Source: Octopus vulgaris (Eukaryota). From it: DNA of 64,000 bases. The notes below the pieces were generated by a model, which was not told the origin of the DNA, ran no database searches, and worked only from the letters and a program-made list of their open reading frames with translations. The position numbers and the translations under genes are program-made. Position 1 is the stretch's first letter, and each line of letters opens with the position of its first letter. Location of the stretch: the NCBI GenBank assembly GCA_951406725.2, contig OX597823.1, forward strand, positions 14,570,001-14,634,000, written 5' to 3'. Positions 25,083-38,242 of this stretch are shown here, one piece after another.

Positions 25083-26325
25083 AAATGCATGATTATATAA
25101 ATATAATTATAATAAGGGCACTTATGAGTAGCCCCCACATGCTAGAAATAGACGCCGAATTGCTCTAAGAACTACATTATTTGCCACACTGGTACGAGCT
25201 GAAAGCGAGGGAAGTGACCAAGATGTTTTTGAAAGGTTTCGACCATAGATCGATTTCTAGTTTAGAGATGTAACTCCCTTTATTGTCATCAATATTGTAC
25301 AGCTCAGTATACATAATTACGAACATTTATATATACTCATAGGAATATTACTTATCCACAAGCGCCTATACAAATGTTCATATATATACAAGCTAAATCT
25401 AATTCATTCTCCTCAACTACGTGCATACAAGACCAAAAACAATACCAGAATTAATATAGTGGTCGAAGTAGTCTACATTTATATATAATCAAGGATGAAA
25501 TCTCTCTAAGATTTTACCTATTTCTTTATTACCCACAAGGGGCTAAACATAGAAGGGACAAACATGGACAGACATAGGTATTAAGTCGATTATATCGACC
25601 CCAGTGCGTAACTGGTACTTAATTTATCGACCCCGAAAGGATGAAAGGCAAAGTCGACCTCGGCAGAATTTGAACTCACAACGTAACGGCAGCCGAAATA
25701 CCTATTTCTTTAATACCCACAAGGGGCTAAACACAGAGGGGACAAACATGGACAGACATAGGTATTAAGTCGATTATATCGACCCCAGTGCGTAACTGGT
25801 ACTTAATTTATCGACCCCGAAAGGATGAAAGGCAAAGTCGACCTCGGCGGAATTTGAACTCACAACGTAACGGCAGCCGAAATACAGCTAAGCATTTCGC
25901 CCGACGTGCTAACGATTCTGCCAACTCTAAGATTTTACCATGTAGCCAACATGTAATAAAACCATATAGGTAACAATTAATACAAAGCATATAATTATAT
26001 AATCAACTGTAATAAGGGCACTAATGAGTAGCATCACATGCTAGAAATGGACGCCAGAAGGCTCTTATAACAACATTATTTACCACATTGGCACGGGCTG
26101 AAAGCGAGAGAACTGAACAAGAATGATTCTCTTTACCGTCATCAATTTGGTACAACTCAACGTACATAATTATAAACATTTATACATATCCACACGATTT
26201 CTAGCATGTGATGCTGGTCATTAGCGCCCTCATTATAATTATATTTATATAATTATATATTTTGTATTAATTGTTACCTATATGGTTTATTACATGCTGG
26301 CTACATGATAAAACCTTACAGAGTT
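25081..26325. repeat. Direct + inverted repeat complex (PLE-like architecture) interrupted by a SINE
   Basis: 25081-25350 resembles 25983-26190 (direct); 26198-26325 is an inverted copy of ~25925-26048. Confidence 0.7.
25519..25924 (-). mobile_element. Dimeric family-N SINE with 15-bp TSD
   Basis: Two ~188-bp units; CTCTAAGATTTTACC at 25504-25518 and 25925-25939. Confidence 0.9.
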
Positions 26326-26350
26326 TATATATATATACACCCATACATAC

Positions 26351-26422
<72 letters not shown>

Positions 26423-26454
26423 TGTATTATATTATATTATATTCTTTATTCTTT

Positions 26455-26558
26455 CCTTCTTTGCCGAACAGCTAAGTTACGACGACGTAAATGTACCAAC
26501 ATCGGTTGTCAGTCGATGGCAGGGAGACAACACAGACACAAAGACGCACGCACACAAA

Positions 26559-26605
<47 letters not shown>

Positions 26606-26778
26606 GCACAACCACAGAAATAAAAAAGCTTCATTCAGTTTCCCTCAACCAAATCCACTCACAAGGCTTTAGTCAGCCCAACGCTATAATGGAAGACACT
26701 CTCCCCAATTGCCACGATGTGAGACTGAATCCGGAACCATGTGGGTGGGGACCAAGCTTCGTACCACACAACCACGCC
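26455..26778 (-). mobile_element. Diverged SINE family X
   Basis: Head (26625-26778), central (TA)n and partial tail. Confidence 0.7.
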
Positions 26779-27029
26779 AAGATACGAGAATCTTTAGTGA
26801 TCACTACAATTGATTTGCCCCATATCTAGCATCGATCCCTCGCTGGTGGGGTAGTGAACATCCGGTTTAGGTGCATCCGTCAGTGTAGATGTATCTCCCC
26901 AAACGATTCCAAGAGGTACCTCGTTAAAATAAACGTATATATATATATGGCGAATTAAGGTATGCAGCTTCATACCTACAGAAGATCAATAAATATCAGA
27001 TACAAAAAGAAACAAATACACGGCGAAAA

Positions 27030-27392
27030 ATGTGCTGGGAGAAACGTTAGCACACCGGGCTAAATGCTTAGTGGTATTTTGTCTGCCTTTACGTTCTGAG
27101 TCCAAATTCCGCCGAGGTCGACTTTGCCTTTCATCATCTCGGGGTCGATAAATTAAGTACCAGTTGTGCACTCGGGTCGATGTAATCGACCTGATCCGTT
27201 TGTCTGTCCTTGTTCGTCCCTTCTGTGTTTAGCCCCTTGTGGGTAGTAAAGAAATAGGTATTTTGTCTGTCTTTAAGTTCTGAGTTCAAATTCCGTCGAG
27301 ATCAACTTTAACTTTCATCCTTTCGGGGTAGGTAAATTAAGTACGAGTTGCGTACTGTGGACGATTTAATCGACTGGCACACTCCCCCAAAA
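27030..27392 (+). mobile_element. Dimeric family-N SINE, cut at the satellite boundary
   Basis: Two units; stops at CCCCCAAAA before the usual tail. Confidence 0.82.
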
Positions 27393-27393
27393 A

Positions 27394-30300
27394 AGTGCAA
27401 ATTCGATCAATTGTCCACGAGCGAAAATTCGATGAACTGTCCACTGGAGTAAATTCGATCAACTGTTCATTAGCAAAAATTCGATCAACTGTCCACTAGT
27501 ACATTCCACTAACGCAAATTCAATAATCTATCCACTGGTGTAAATTCGATAAACAGTCAACTGGTCTAAATTCGATCAACTGTCCAATAGTGCAAATTTG
27601 ATCAACTGTCCACTAGTGCAAATTCGATCAACAGTATGTTACTGTAAATTCGATCACCTGTCCAACAGTGCAAATTCGTTTAATTTGCGAAAATTTGATC
27701 AACTGTCCACTGGTGTTAATTCGATCAAATGTCCACTAGTGTAAATTCGACCAACTGTCAACTAGCGAAAATTCGATCAATTGCTCACTTGAAAAAATTC
27801 GATCAACTGTCCACTGGTGTAAATTTGATCAACTGTACACGAGCGAAAATTCGATCAACTGTCCACTAGCAAAAATTCGATCAACTGTCCACTAGCGAAA
27901 ATTTGGTCAACTCTCCACTAGTGTAAATTCAATCAACTGTCCACTGGTGTAAATTCGATCAACTGTCCACTACCGAATATTCGATCAACTCTCAACTGGT
28001 GTAAATTCGATCAACTGTCCAATAGCGAAAATTCGATCAACTATCCACTGGTGTAAATTCGATCAACTGTCCACTAGCGAAAATTCGATCAACTGTCCAC
28101 TGGTGTAAAATCGATCAACTGTCCACTATCGATCAATTGTCCACTATGGAAAATTCGATCAACTGTCCACTAGAGAATATTCGATCAACTGTCCGCTGGT
28201 GTAAATTCGATCAACTGTCCACTAATGACAATTCGATCAAATGTCCATTAGCAAAAATTCGATCAACTGTCAACTAGCGAAAATTCGATCAACTGTTTAC
28301 TGGGGTAAATTCGATCTACTGTCCACTTGTGAAAATTCTATCAACTATCCACTGGTGTAAATTCAATCAACTGTCCACTAGCAAAAATTTGATCAACTGT
28401 CCACTAGCGAAAATTCGATCAACTGTCCACTGGTATAAATTCGATCAACTGTACACTATCGAAAATTCGATCAACTGTTTACTGGTTTAAAGTCGATCAA
28501 CTGTCCAGTAGCGATAATTCGATCAACTGTCCACTAGCGAAAATTCGATCAACCGTCCAGTAGCGAAAAGTCGATCAACTGTCCACTAGCGAAAATTCGA
28601 TCAACTGTCCACTGGTGTAAATTCGATCGACTGTCCAGTTGCGAAAATTCGATCAACTGTCCATTTACGAAAATTCGTTCAAATGTCCATTAGTACAAAT
28701 TCGATCAATTGACCACTCGCGAAAATTCGATCAACTGTTCTCTGGAGTAAATGCGATCAACTGTCCACACGCGCAAATTCGATCAACTGTCCACCGGTGT
28801 AAATTCGATAAACTCTCAACTGGTCTAAATTCGATCAACTGTCCACTAGTGCAAATTCGATCAACTGTACACTTGAGTAAATTCGATCAACTGTTCACCA
28901 ATAAGGATTCGATCAACTGTCCACTGGTATAAATTCGATAAACTCTCAACTGGTCTAAATTCGATCAACTGTCCACTAGTGCAAATTCGATCAACTGTAC
29001 ACTTGAGTAAATTTGATCAACTGTCCATTTACGAAAATTCGTTCAAATGTCCATTAGTACAAATTCGATCAATTGACCACTCGCGAAAATTCGATCAACT
29101 GTTCTCTGGAGTAAATTCGATCAACTGTCCACACGCGCAAATTCGATCAACTGTCCACTGGTGTAAATTCGATAAACTCTCAACTGGTCTAAATTCGATC
29201 AACTGTCCACTAGTGCAAATTCGATCAACTGTACACTTGAGTAAATTCGATCAACTGTTCACCAATAAGGATTCGATCAACTGTCCACTGGTGTAAATTC
29301 GATAAACTCTCAACTGGTCTAAATTCGATCAACTGTCCACTAGTGCAAATTCGATCAACTGTACACTTGAGTAAATTCGATCAACTGTCCATTTACGAAA
29401 ATACGTTCAAATGTCCATTAGTACAAATTCCATCAACTAGTGCAAATTCGATCAACTGTACACCTGAGTAAATTCGATCAACTGTTCACCAATAAGGATT
29501 CGATCAACTGTCCACTGGTGTAAATTCGATAAACTCTCAACTGGTCTAAATTCGATCAACTGTCCACTAGTGCAAATTCGATCACCAGTACACTTGAGTA
29601 AATTCAATCAACTGTTCACTAATAAGGATTCGATCAACTGTCCACTGGTGTAAATTCGATAAGCTGTACACTAGTGTAAATTCGATCAACTGTCTACTTT
29701 TGTAAATTCGATCAACTGCCCATTGCTGTAAATTTGATCAACTGTTTACTTGTGCAAATTCGATCAATTGTCCATTGATGTAAATTCGATCAACTGTCCA
29801 CCGGTGTAAATTCGTTCAACTGTCTACTTTTGAAAATTTGATGAACTGTCGACTGGCGTGAATTTGATCAACTGTCTACTTGTGCATTTCAATCAATTGT
29901 TCACTAGCGAAAATACCATCAACTCTCCTTAAGTCTAAATTCTATCAACTGTCTACTGTCCATTCGATGAAGTTTCTACTTTTGCAAATTCTATCAACTG
30001 TCCACAAGCGCAAATTCAATCACCTGTCCAATTGTATAAATTTGATTAACTGTCAACTTTTGCAATTCCGATAAACTGCCCACTGGTGTATATTTGATCA
30101 ACCGTCTACGTGTGCATTTCGATCAATTTTCCACTTGCAAAAATTTGATAGACTGTCCACTAGTCTAATTTCGTTCAATTGTCTACTTGTGTAAATTAGA
30201 TCAACTGTCCACTAGCGAAAATTCGATCAACCATCCACTAGCGCAAATTCCGATCAACTTTCCATTGGTGTAAGTTCGATCAACTGTCCACTAGCGAAAA

Positions 30301-33300
30301 TTTGATTAGCTGTCCACTAGCGAAAATTCGATCAACTGTCCAATAGCGAAAATTCGATCAACTGTTCACTATCGAAAATTCGGTCAACTGTCCACTGGTG
30401 AAAATTCGATCAACTGTCCAATAGCGAAAATTTGATCAACTGTCCACTAGTTTAAATTCGATCAGTTGTCAACTAGCGAATATTCGATCAACTGTTCACT
30501 GGGGTAAATTCGATCAACTGTCTACTAACAAAAATTCGATCAACTGTTCACTACCGAAAATTTGATCAACTGTTCACTACCGAAAATTCGATCAACTGTC
30601 CACAGCTGTAAATTCGATCAACTGTCCTCTAGCGAAGATTCCACTAGCGTCAATTCGATCAATTGTCCACTGGCGGAAATTTGATCAACTGTCCTCCTCT
30701 AGCGAAAATTCGATCAACTGTCCACTAACAACAATTCGATCAAATGTCCATTAGCGAAAATTCGATCAACTGTCCACTAGCAAAAATTCGATCAACTGTC
30801 CACTGGTGTAAATTCAATCAACTGTCCACTAGCAAAAATTTGATCAACTGTCCACTAGCGAAAATTGGATCAACTATACACTGGTGTAAATTCGATCAAC
30901 TGTAAACTATCGAAAATTCGATCAACTGTCCACTAGCGAATATTCGATCAACTGTCCGCTGGTTTAAATTCGATCAACTGTCCACTAGCGTAAATTCGAT
31001 CAACTGTCCACTAGCCTAAATTCGATCAACTCTACATTGGTGAAAATTCGATCAACTGTCCACTAGCGAAGATTCGATCAGCTGTCCACTGGTGTAAACT
31101 CTATCAACTGTCTTCTAGCGAAAATTCGATCATCTGTCCACTGGTGTAAATTTGATCAATCGTCTACTAGCGTAAATTCGACCAACTGTACACTATCGAA
31201 AATTCGATCTACTGTCCACTGGTGTAAACTCGATCAACTGTCCAGTAGCGAAAATTCAATCAACTGTCCACTAGCGAAAATTCGTTCAACCTTCCAGTAG
31301 CTAAAATTGATCAACTGTTCACTAGTGAAAATTCGATCAACTGTCCACTGGTGTAAATTCGATCAACTGTCCACTAACAAAGATTCGATCAACTGTCCAC
31401 TACCTAAAATTCGATAAACTGTCCTCTAGCGAAAATTCGATGAAATGTCCACTAGCGTAAATTCGATCAATTGTCCACAATCGAAAATTCGATCAACTGT
31501 CCACTAGAGAATATTCGATCAACTGTCCGCTGGTGTAAATTCGATCAATTGTCCATTAGCAAATATTCGATCGTCAACTAGCGAAAATTCGATCAACTTA
31601 CTTGTGTAAATTCGATCAACTGTCCACTAGCGAAAATTCGATCAACTGTTCACTAGCGAAAATTCGATCAACTGTCCACTAGAGAAAATTCGATCAAGTG
31701 TCCTCTAGCGAAAATTCGATAAACTGTCCACTAGCGTAAATTCGATCAATTGTCCACTAGCGGAAATTCGATCAACTGTCCAATAGCGAAAATTCGATCA
31801 GCTGTCCACTAGCGAAAATTCGATCAACTGTCCACTAACGACAATTCGATCAACTGTCCAACTAGCGAAAATTCGATCAACTGTCCACTAACAAAAATTC
31901 GATCAACTGTCCACTGGTGTAAATTCGATCAATTGTCCATTAGCAAATATTCGATCGTCAACTAGCGAAAATTCGATCAACTTACTTGTGTAAATTCGAT
32001 CAACTGTCCACTAGAGTAAATTCGATCAAATGTCCACTGGCGTAAATTCGATCAAATGTCCACTGGCGTAAATTCGATCAACTGTCCTGTAGCGAAAATT
32101 CGATCAACTGTCCATTGGTGAAAATTCGATCAACTCTCCACTAGCGAAAATTCGATCAACTGTCCAATAGCGAAAATTCGATCAACTGTCCACTAGCGAA
32201 AATTCGATCAACTGTCCACTAACGACAATTCGATCAACTGTCAACTAGCGAAAATTCGATCAACTGTTTACTGGTGTAAATTCGATCAACTGTCCACTGG
32301 TGTAGATTGAATCAACTGTCCACTAGCAAAAATTTGATCAACTGTCCACTAGCGAAAATTGGATCAACTGTCCACTAGAGAAAATTCGATCAACTGTCCA
32401 CTGGTGTAAATTCGGTCAAATGTCCACTGGCGTAAATTCGATCAACTGTCCACTGGCGTAAATTCGATCAACTGTCCATTGGTGAAAATTCGATCAACTC
32501 TCCACTAGCGAAAATTCGATCAACTGTCCACTGGTGCAAATTCGGTCTAATGTCCACTGGCGTAAATTCGATTAACTGTCCACTAGCGTAAATTCGATCA
32601 ACTGTCCACTAGCCTAAATTCGATCAATTGTCCACTAGCGAAAATTCGATTAACTGTCCATTGGTGAAAATTCGATCAACTGTCCACTTCAAAAGTTCGA
32701 TCAACTGTCCACTAGCGTAAATTCGATCAGTTGTCAACTAGCGAAAATTCGATCAACTGTTCACTGGTGTAAATTCGATCAACTGTCCACTAACAAAAAT
32801 TCGATCAACTGTTCTCTACCGAAAATCCGATCAACTGTCCACAGCTGTAAATTCGATGAACTGTCCACTAGCGGAAATTCGATCAACTGTCCAATAGCGA
32901 AAATTCGATCAACTGTCCACTAACGACAATTCGATCAACTGTCAACTAGCGAAAATTCGATCAACTGTTTACTGGTGTAAATTCGATCAACTGTCCACTG
33001 GTGTACATTCAATCAACTGTCCACTAGCAAAAATTTGATCAACTGTCCACTAGCGAAGATTGGATCAATTGTCCACTGGTGTAAATTCGATCAACTGTCC
33101 ACTATCGAAAATTCGATCAACTATCCACTATCGAAAATTCGATCAACTGTCCACTAGCGTCAATTCGATCAACTGTCCACTACCGAAAATTCGATCAACT
33201 CTCCACAGGTGTAAATTCGATCAACTTTCCACTAGCGAAAATTCGATCAACTGTCCACTAGCGAAAATTCGATCAACTGTCCACAGGCGTAAATTCGATC

Positions 33301-36300
33301 ATTTTTGAACTAGCGAAAATTCGATCAACTGTTCACTGGTGTAAATTCGATCAACTGTCCACTAACAAAAATTCGATCAAATGTTCACTACCGAAAATTC
33401 GATCAACTCTCCACAGGTGTAAATTCGATCAACTGTCCTCTAGCGAAAACTCGATAAACTGTCCACTAGCGTAAATTCGATCAATTGTCCACTAGCGGAA
33501 ATTCGATCAACTGTCCAATAGTGAAAATTCGATCAACTGTCCACTAGCGAAAATTCGATCAACTGTCCACAGGCGTAAATTCGATCATTTTTGAACTAGC
33601 GAAAATTCGATCAACTGTTCACTGGTGTAAATTCGATCAACTGTCCACTAACAAAAATTCGATCAACTGTTCACTACCGAAAATTCGATCAACTCTCCAC
33701 AGATGTAAATTCGATCAACTGTCCTCTAGCGTAAATTCGATCAATTGTCCACTAGCGGAAATTCGATCAACTGTCCAATAGTGAAAATTCGATCAACTGT
33801 CCACTAGCGAAAATTCGATCAACTGTCCACTAACGACAATTCGATAAAATGTCAACTAGCGAAAATTCGATCAACTGTCCACTGGCGTAAATTCAATCAA
33901 CTGTCCACTAGCAAAAATTTGATCAACTGTCCACTAGCGTATATTCGATCAACTGTCCACTAGCGTAAATTCGATCAATTGTCCACTAGCCGAAATTCGA
34001 TCAACTGTCCAATAGCGAAAATTCGGTCAAATGTCCGCTGGTGTAAATTCGATCAACTGTCCACTACCGTAAATTCGATCAACTGTCAACTAGCCTAAAT
34101 TCGATCAACTCTCCATTGGTGAAAATTCGATCAACTGTCCACTAGCGAAAATTCTATCAGCTGTCCACTGGTGTAAATTCGATCAACTGTCCACTAACAA
34201 AAATTCGATCAACTGTCCACTACCGAAAATTCGATCAACTGTCCACAGGTGTAAATTCGATCAACTGTCTTCTAGCGAAAATTCGATTATCTGCCCACTA
34301 GTGTAAATTTGATCAATCGTCTACTAGCGTAAACTCGATCAACTTTCCACTAGCGAAAATTCGATCAACTGTCCACTAGCGAAAATTCGATCAACGTCCA
34401 GTAGCGAAAATTTGATCAACTGTTCACTAGCGAAAATTCGATCAACTGTCCACTGGTGTAAATTCGATCAACTGTCCACTAGCGGAAATGCGATCAACTG
34501 TCCACTAGTGTAAATTCGATCAATTGTCCACTAGCGGAAATTCGATCAACTTTCCACTAGTGTAAATTCAATTAATCGTCTACTTGCGTAAATTCGATCA
34601 ACTTTCCACTAGCGAAAATTCCATCAACTGTACACTATCGAAAATTCGATCAACTGTCCACTAGCCTAAATTCGATCAATTGTCCACCTGCGAAAATTCG
34701 ATCAACTGTCCACAGGTGTAAATTCGATCAACTGTCCACTAGCGAAAATTCGATCAACTGACCACAGGCGTAAATTCGATCAGTTGTCAACTAGCGAAAA
34801 TTCGATCAACTGTTCACTGGTGCAAATTCGATCAACAGTATGTTACTGTAAATTCGATCACCTGTCCTACAGTGCAAATTCGTTTAATTTGCGAAAATTT
34901 GATCAACTGTCCACTGGTGTTAATTCGATCAAATGTCCACTAGTGTAAATTCGACCAACTGTCAACTAGCGAATCGAACTATTCGATCAACTGTCCACTA
35001 TCTAAAATTCGATCAACTGTCCACTAGCGAATATTCGATCAACTGTCCACTAGCGTAAATTCGATCAACTGTCCACTAGCCTAAATTCGATCAATTGTCC
35101 ACCAGCGAAAATTCGATCAACTATCCACAGGTGTAAATTCGATCAACTGTCCACTGGTGTAAATTCGATCAACTGTCCACTAACAAAAATTCAACTGACC
35201 ACAGGCGTAAATTCGATCAGTTGTCAACTAGCGAAAATTCGATCAACTGTTCACTGGTGTAAATTCGATCAACTGTCCACTAACAAAAATTCGATCAACT
35301 GTTCACTACCGAAAATTCGATCAACTCTCCACAGGTGTAAATTCGATCAACTAGCGAAAATTCGATCAACTGTCCACTAGCAAAAATTTGATCAACTCTC
35401 CACGAGTGAAAATTGGATCAACTGTCCACTAGCGAATATTCGATCAACTGTCCACTAGCGTAAATTCGATCAATTGTCCACTAGCCGAAATTCGATCAAC
35501 TGTCCACTAGCGAAAATTCGATCAACTGTCCACTGGTGTAAATTCGATCAACTGTCCACTACCATAAATTCGATCAACTGTCCACTAGCCTAAATTCGAT
35601 CAACTCTCCATTGGTGAAAATTCGATCAACTGTCCACTAGCGAAAATTCGATCAGCTGTCCACTGGTGTAAATTCGATCAACTATCCACTAACAAAAATT
35701 CGATCAACTGTCCACTACCGAAAATTCGATCAACTGTCCACTGGTGTAAATTCGATCAACTGTCTTCTAGCGAAAATTCGATCATCTGCCCACTGGTGTA
35801 AATTTGATCAATCGTCTAGTACCGTAAATTCGATCAACTTTCCACTAGCGAAAATTCGATCAACTGTCCACTAGCGAAAATTCGATCAACCGTCCAGTAG
35901 CGAAAATTTGATCAACTTTCCACTAGCGAAAATTCGATCAACTGTCCACTAGTGTAAATTCGATCAACTGTCCACTAGTGTAAATTCGATCAACTGTCCA
36001 CTAGTGTAAATTCGATCAATTGTCCACTAGCGTAAATTCGATCAACTGTCCACTAGTGTAAATTCGATCAATTGTCCACTAGCGGAAATTCGATCAATTG
36101 TTCACTGGTGTAAATACGATCAACTGACCAATAGCAAAAATTCGATCAACTGTCCACTAGCGAAAATTCGATCAACTGCCCACTGGTGTAAATTCGATCA
36201 ATTCTCCACTATTGAAAATTCTATCATCTGTCCACTGGTGTAAATTCGATTAAACGTCTACTTGCGTAAATTCGATCAACTTTCCACTAGCGAAAATTCC

Positions 36301-37804
36301 ATGAACTGTACACTATCGAAAATTCGATCAACTGTTTACTGGTTTAAACTCGATCAACTGTCCAGTAGCGAAAATTCGATCAACTGTCCACAGGTGTAAA
36401 TTCGATCAACTGTCTTCTAGCGAAAATTCGATCATCTGCCCACTGGTGTAAATTTGATCAATCGTCTACTAGCGTAAATTCGATCAACTGTCCACTAGCG
36501 AAAATTCGATCAACCGTCCAGTAGCGAAAATTCGATCAACTGTCCTCTAACGAAAATTCGATCAACTGTCCACTGGTGTCAATTCGATCGACTGTCCAGT
36601 TGCGAAAATTCGATCAACTGTCCATTTACGAAAATTCGTTCAAATGTCCATTAGTACAAATTCGGTCAATTGACCACTCGCGAAAATTCGATCAACTGTT
36701 CTCTGGAGTAAATTCGATCAACTGTCCACACGCGCAAATTCGATCAACTGTCCACTGGTGTAAATTCGATAAACTCTCAACTGGTCTAAATTCGATCAAC
36801 TGTCCACACGCGCAAATTCGATCAACTGTCCACTGGTGTAAATTCGATATACTCTCAACTGGTCTAAATTCGATCAACTGTCCACTAGTGCAAATTCGAT
36901 CAACTGTACACCTGAGTAAATTCGATCAACTGTTCACCAATATGGATTCGATCAACTGTCCACTGGTGTAAATTCGATAAACTCTCAGCTGGTCGAAATT
37001 CGATCAACTGTGCACTAGTGCAAATTCGATCAACTGTACACTTGAGTAAATTCGATCAACTGTTCACTAATAAGGATTCGATCAACTGTCCACTGGTGTA
37101 AATTCGATTAGCTGTACACTAGTGTAAATTCAATCAACTGTCTACTTTTGCAAATTCGATCAACTGCCCATTGCTGTAAATTTGATCAACTGTTTACTTG
37201 TGCAAATTCGATCAATTGTCCATTGGTGTAAATTCGATCAACTGTCCACCGGTGTAAATTCGTTCAACTGTCTACTTTTGCAAATTTGATCAACTGTCGA
37301 CTGGTGTAAATTTGATCAACTGTCTACTTGTGCATTTCAATCAATTGTTCACTAGCGAAAATACCATCAACTCTCCTTAAGTCTAAATTCGATCAACTGT
37401 CCACTATCGCAAATTCGATCAACTGTCCATTGGTCTAAATTCGATAAACTGTCTACTGTTCATTCGATGAAGTGTCTACTTTTGCAAATTCTATCAACTG
37501 TCCTCTAGCGCAAATTCAATCACCTGTCCAATTGTATAAATTTGATTAACTGTCAACTTTTGCAATTCCGATAAACTGCCCACTGGTGTATATTTGATCA
37601 ACTGTCTACTTGTGCATTTCGATCAATTTTCCACTTGCAAAAATTTGATAGACTGTCCACTAGTCTAATTTCGTTCAACTGTCTACTTGTATAAATTAGA
37701 TCAACTGTCCACTAGCGAAAATTCGATCAACCATCCACTAGCGCAAATTCCGATCAACTTTCCACGGATGTAAATTCGATCAACTGTCCACTGGTCTAAA
37801 TTCG
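27394..37804. repeat. 26-bp satellite array (~400 units), consensus AAATTCGATCAACTGTCCAC-TAGCGA
   Basis: Continuous head-to-tail 26-bp period; conserved 20-nt core plus variable hexamer (TAGCGA, TGGTGT, TAGTGC, TAGCGT, TAACAA, TACCGA, TAGCCT...). Confidence 0.98.
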
Positions 37805-37805
37805 C

Positions 37806-38240
37806 ATGGATTGATGGATGGATGGACTGACGGACGGACGGATGGTGGGATGGATGGATGGATGGATGGGTAGGTGGGTGGGTGGGTGGGTGGATGGGTT
37901 GATGTGTGGATGGATGGAAGGATGGATGGGTTGATGGATGTGTGGATGGATGGATGGATGGATGGACTGTTGGATGGATGGACGGACGGACGGACGGATG
38001 GATGGATGAATGGATGGACGGATATACGAATGGATGGATGGATAGATGGATGGAAGGATGGAAGGATGGATGGATGGATGAATGGATGGATGGATGGATG
38101 GACGGACAGATGGACGGACGGATTTAGGGACGGACGCTTGGACGGACGGATGGATGGGTGTTTGGATAGATGGATGGATAGATGGATGGATAAATGGATG
38201 GATGGATGGGTGAGTATGTGGGAGGATGGATGGATAAGTT
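37806..38240. repeat. (GGAT/GGAC)n microsatellite
   Basis: Direct reading. Confidence 0.96.
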
Positions 38241-38242
38241 GG

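Noticed and set aside
25226-25295. Hammerhead-like motif on the minus strand (TTGATGA...GGTC-GAAAC), and CTAATGA..GAAAT at ~26020 on plus
   Set aside because: Core substitutions and weak stem I; too degenerate to call without a family consensus.
28639-36971. ORFs inside the satellite (KFDQLST/NSINCPL/IRSTVH repeats)
   Set aside because: Frame-cycling translations of a 26-bp unit that stay open by chance.
27394-37804. CRISPR array interpretation of the constant-plus-variable repeat
   Set aside because: The variable part is only ~6 nt and recurs from a small set; there are no unique spacers, leader or cas genes, and the context is eukaryotic.
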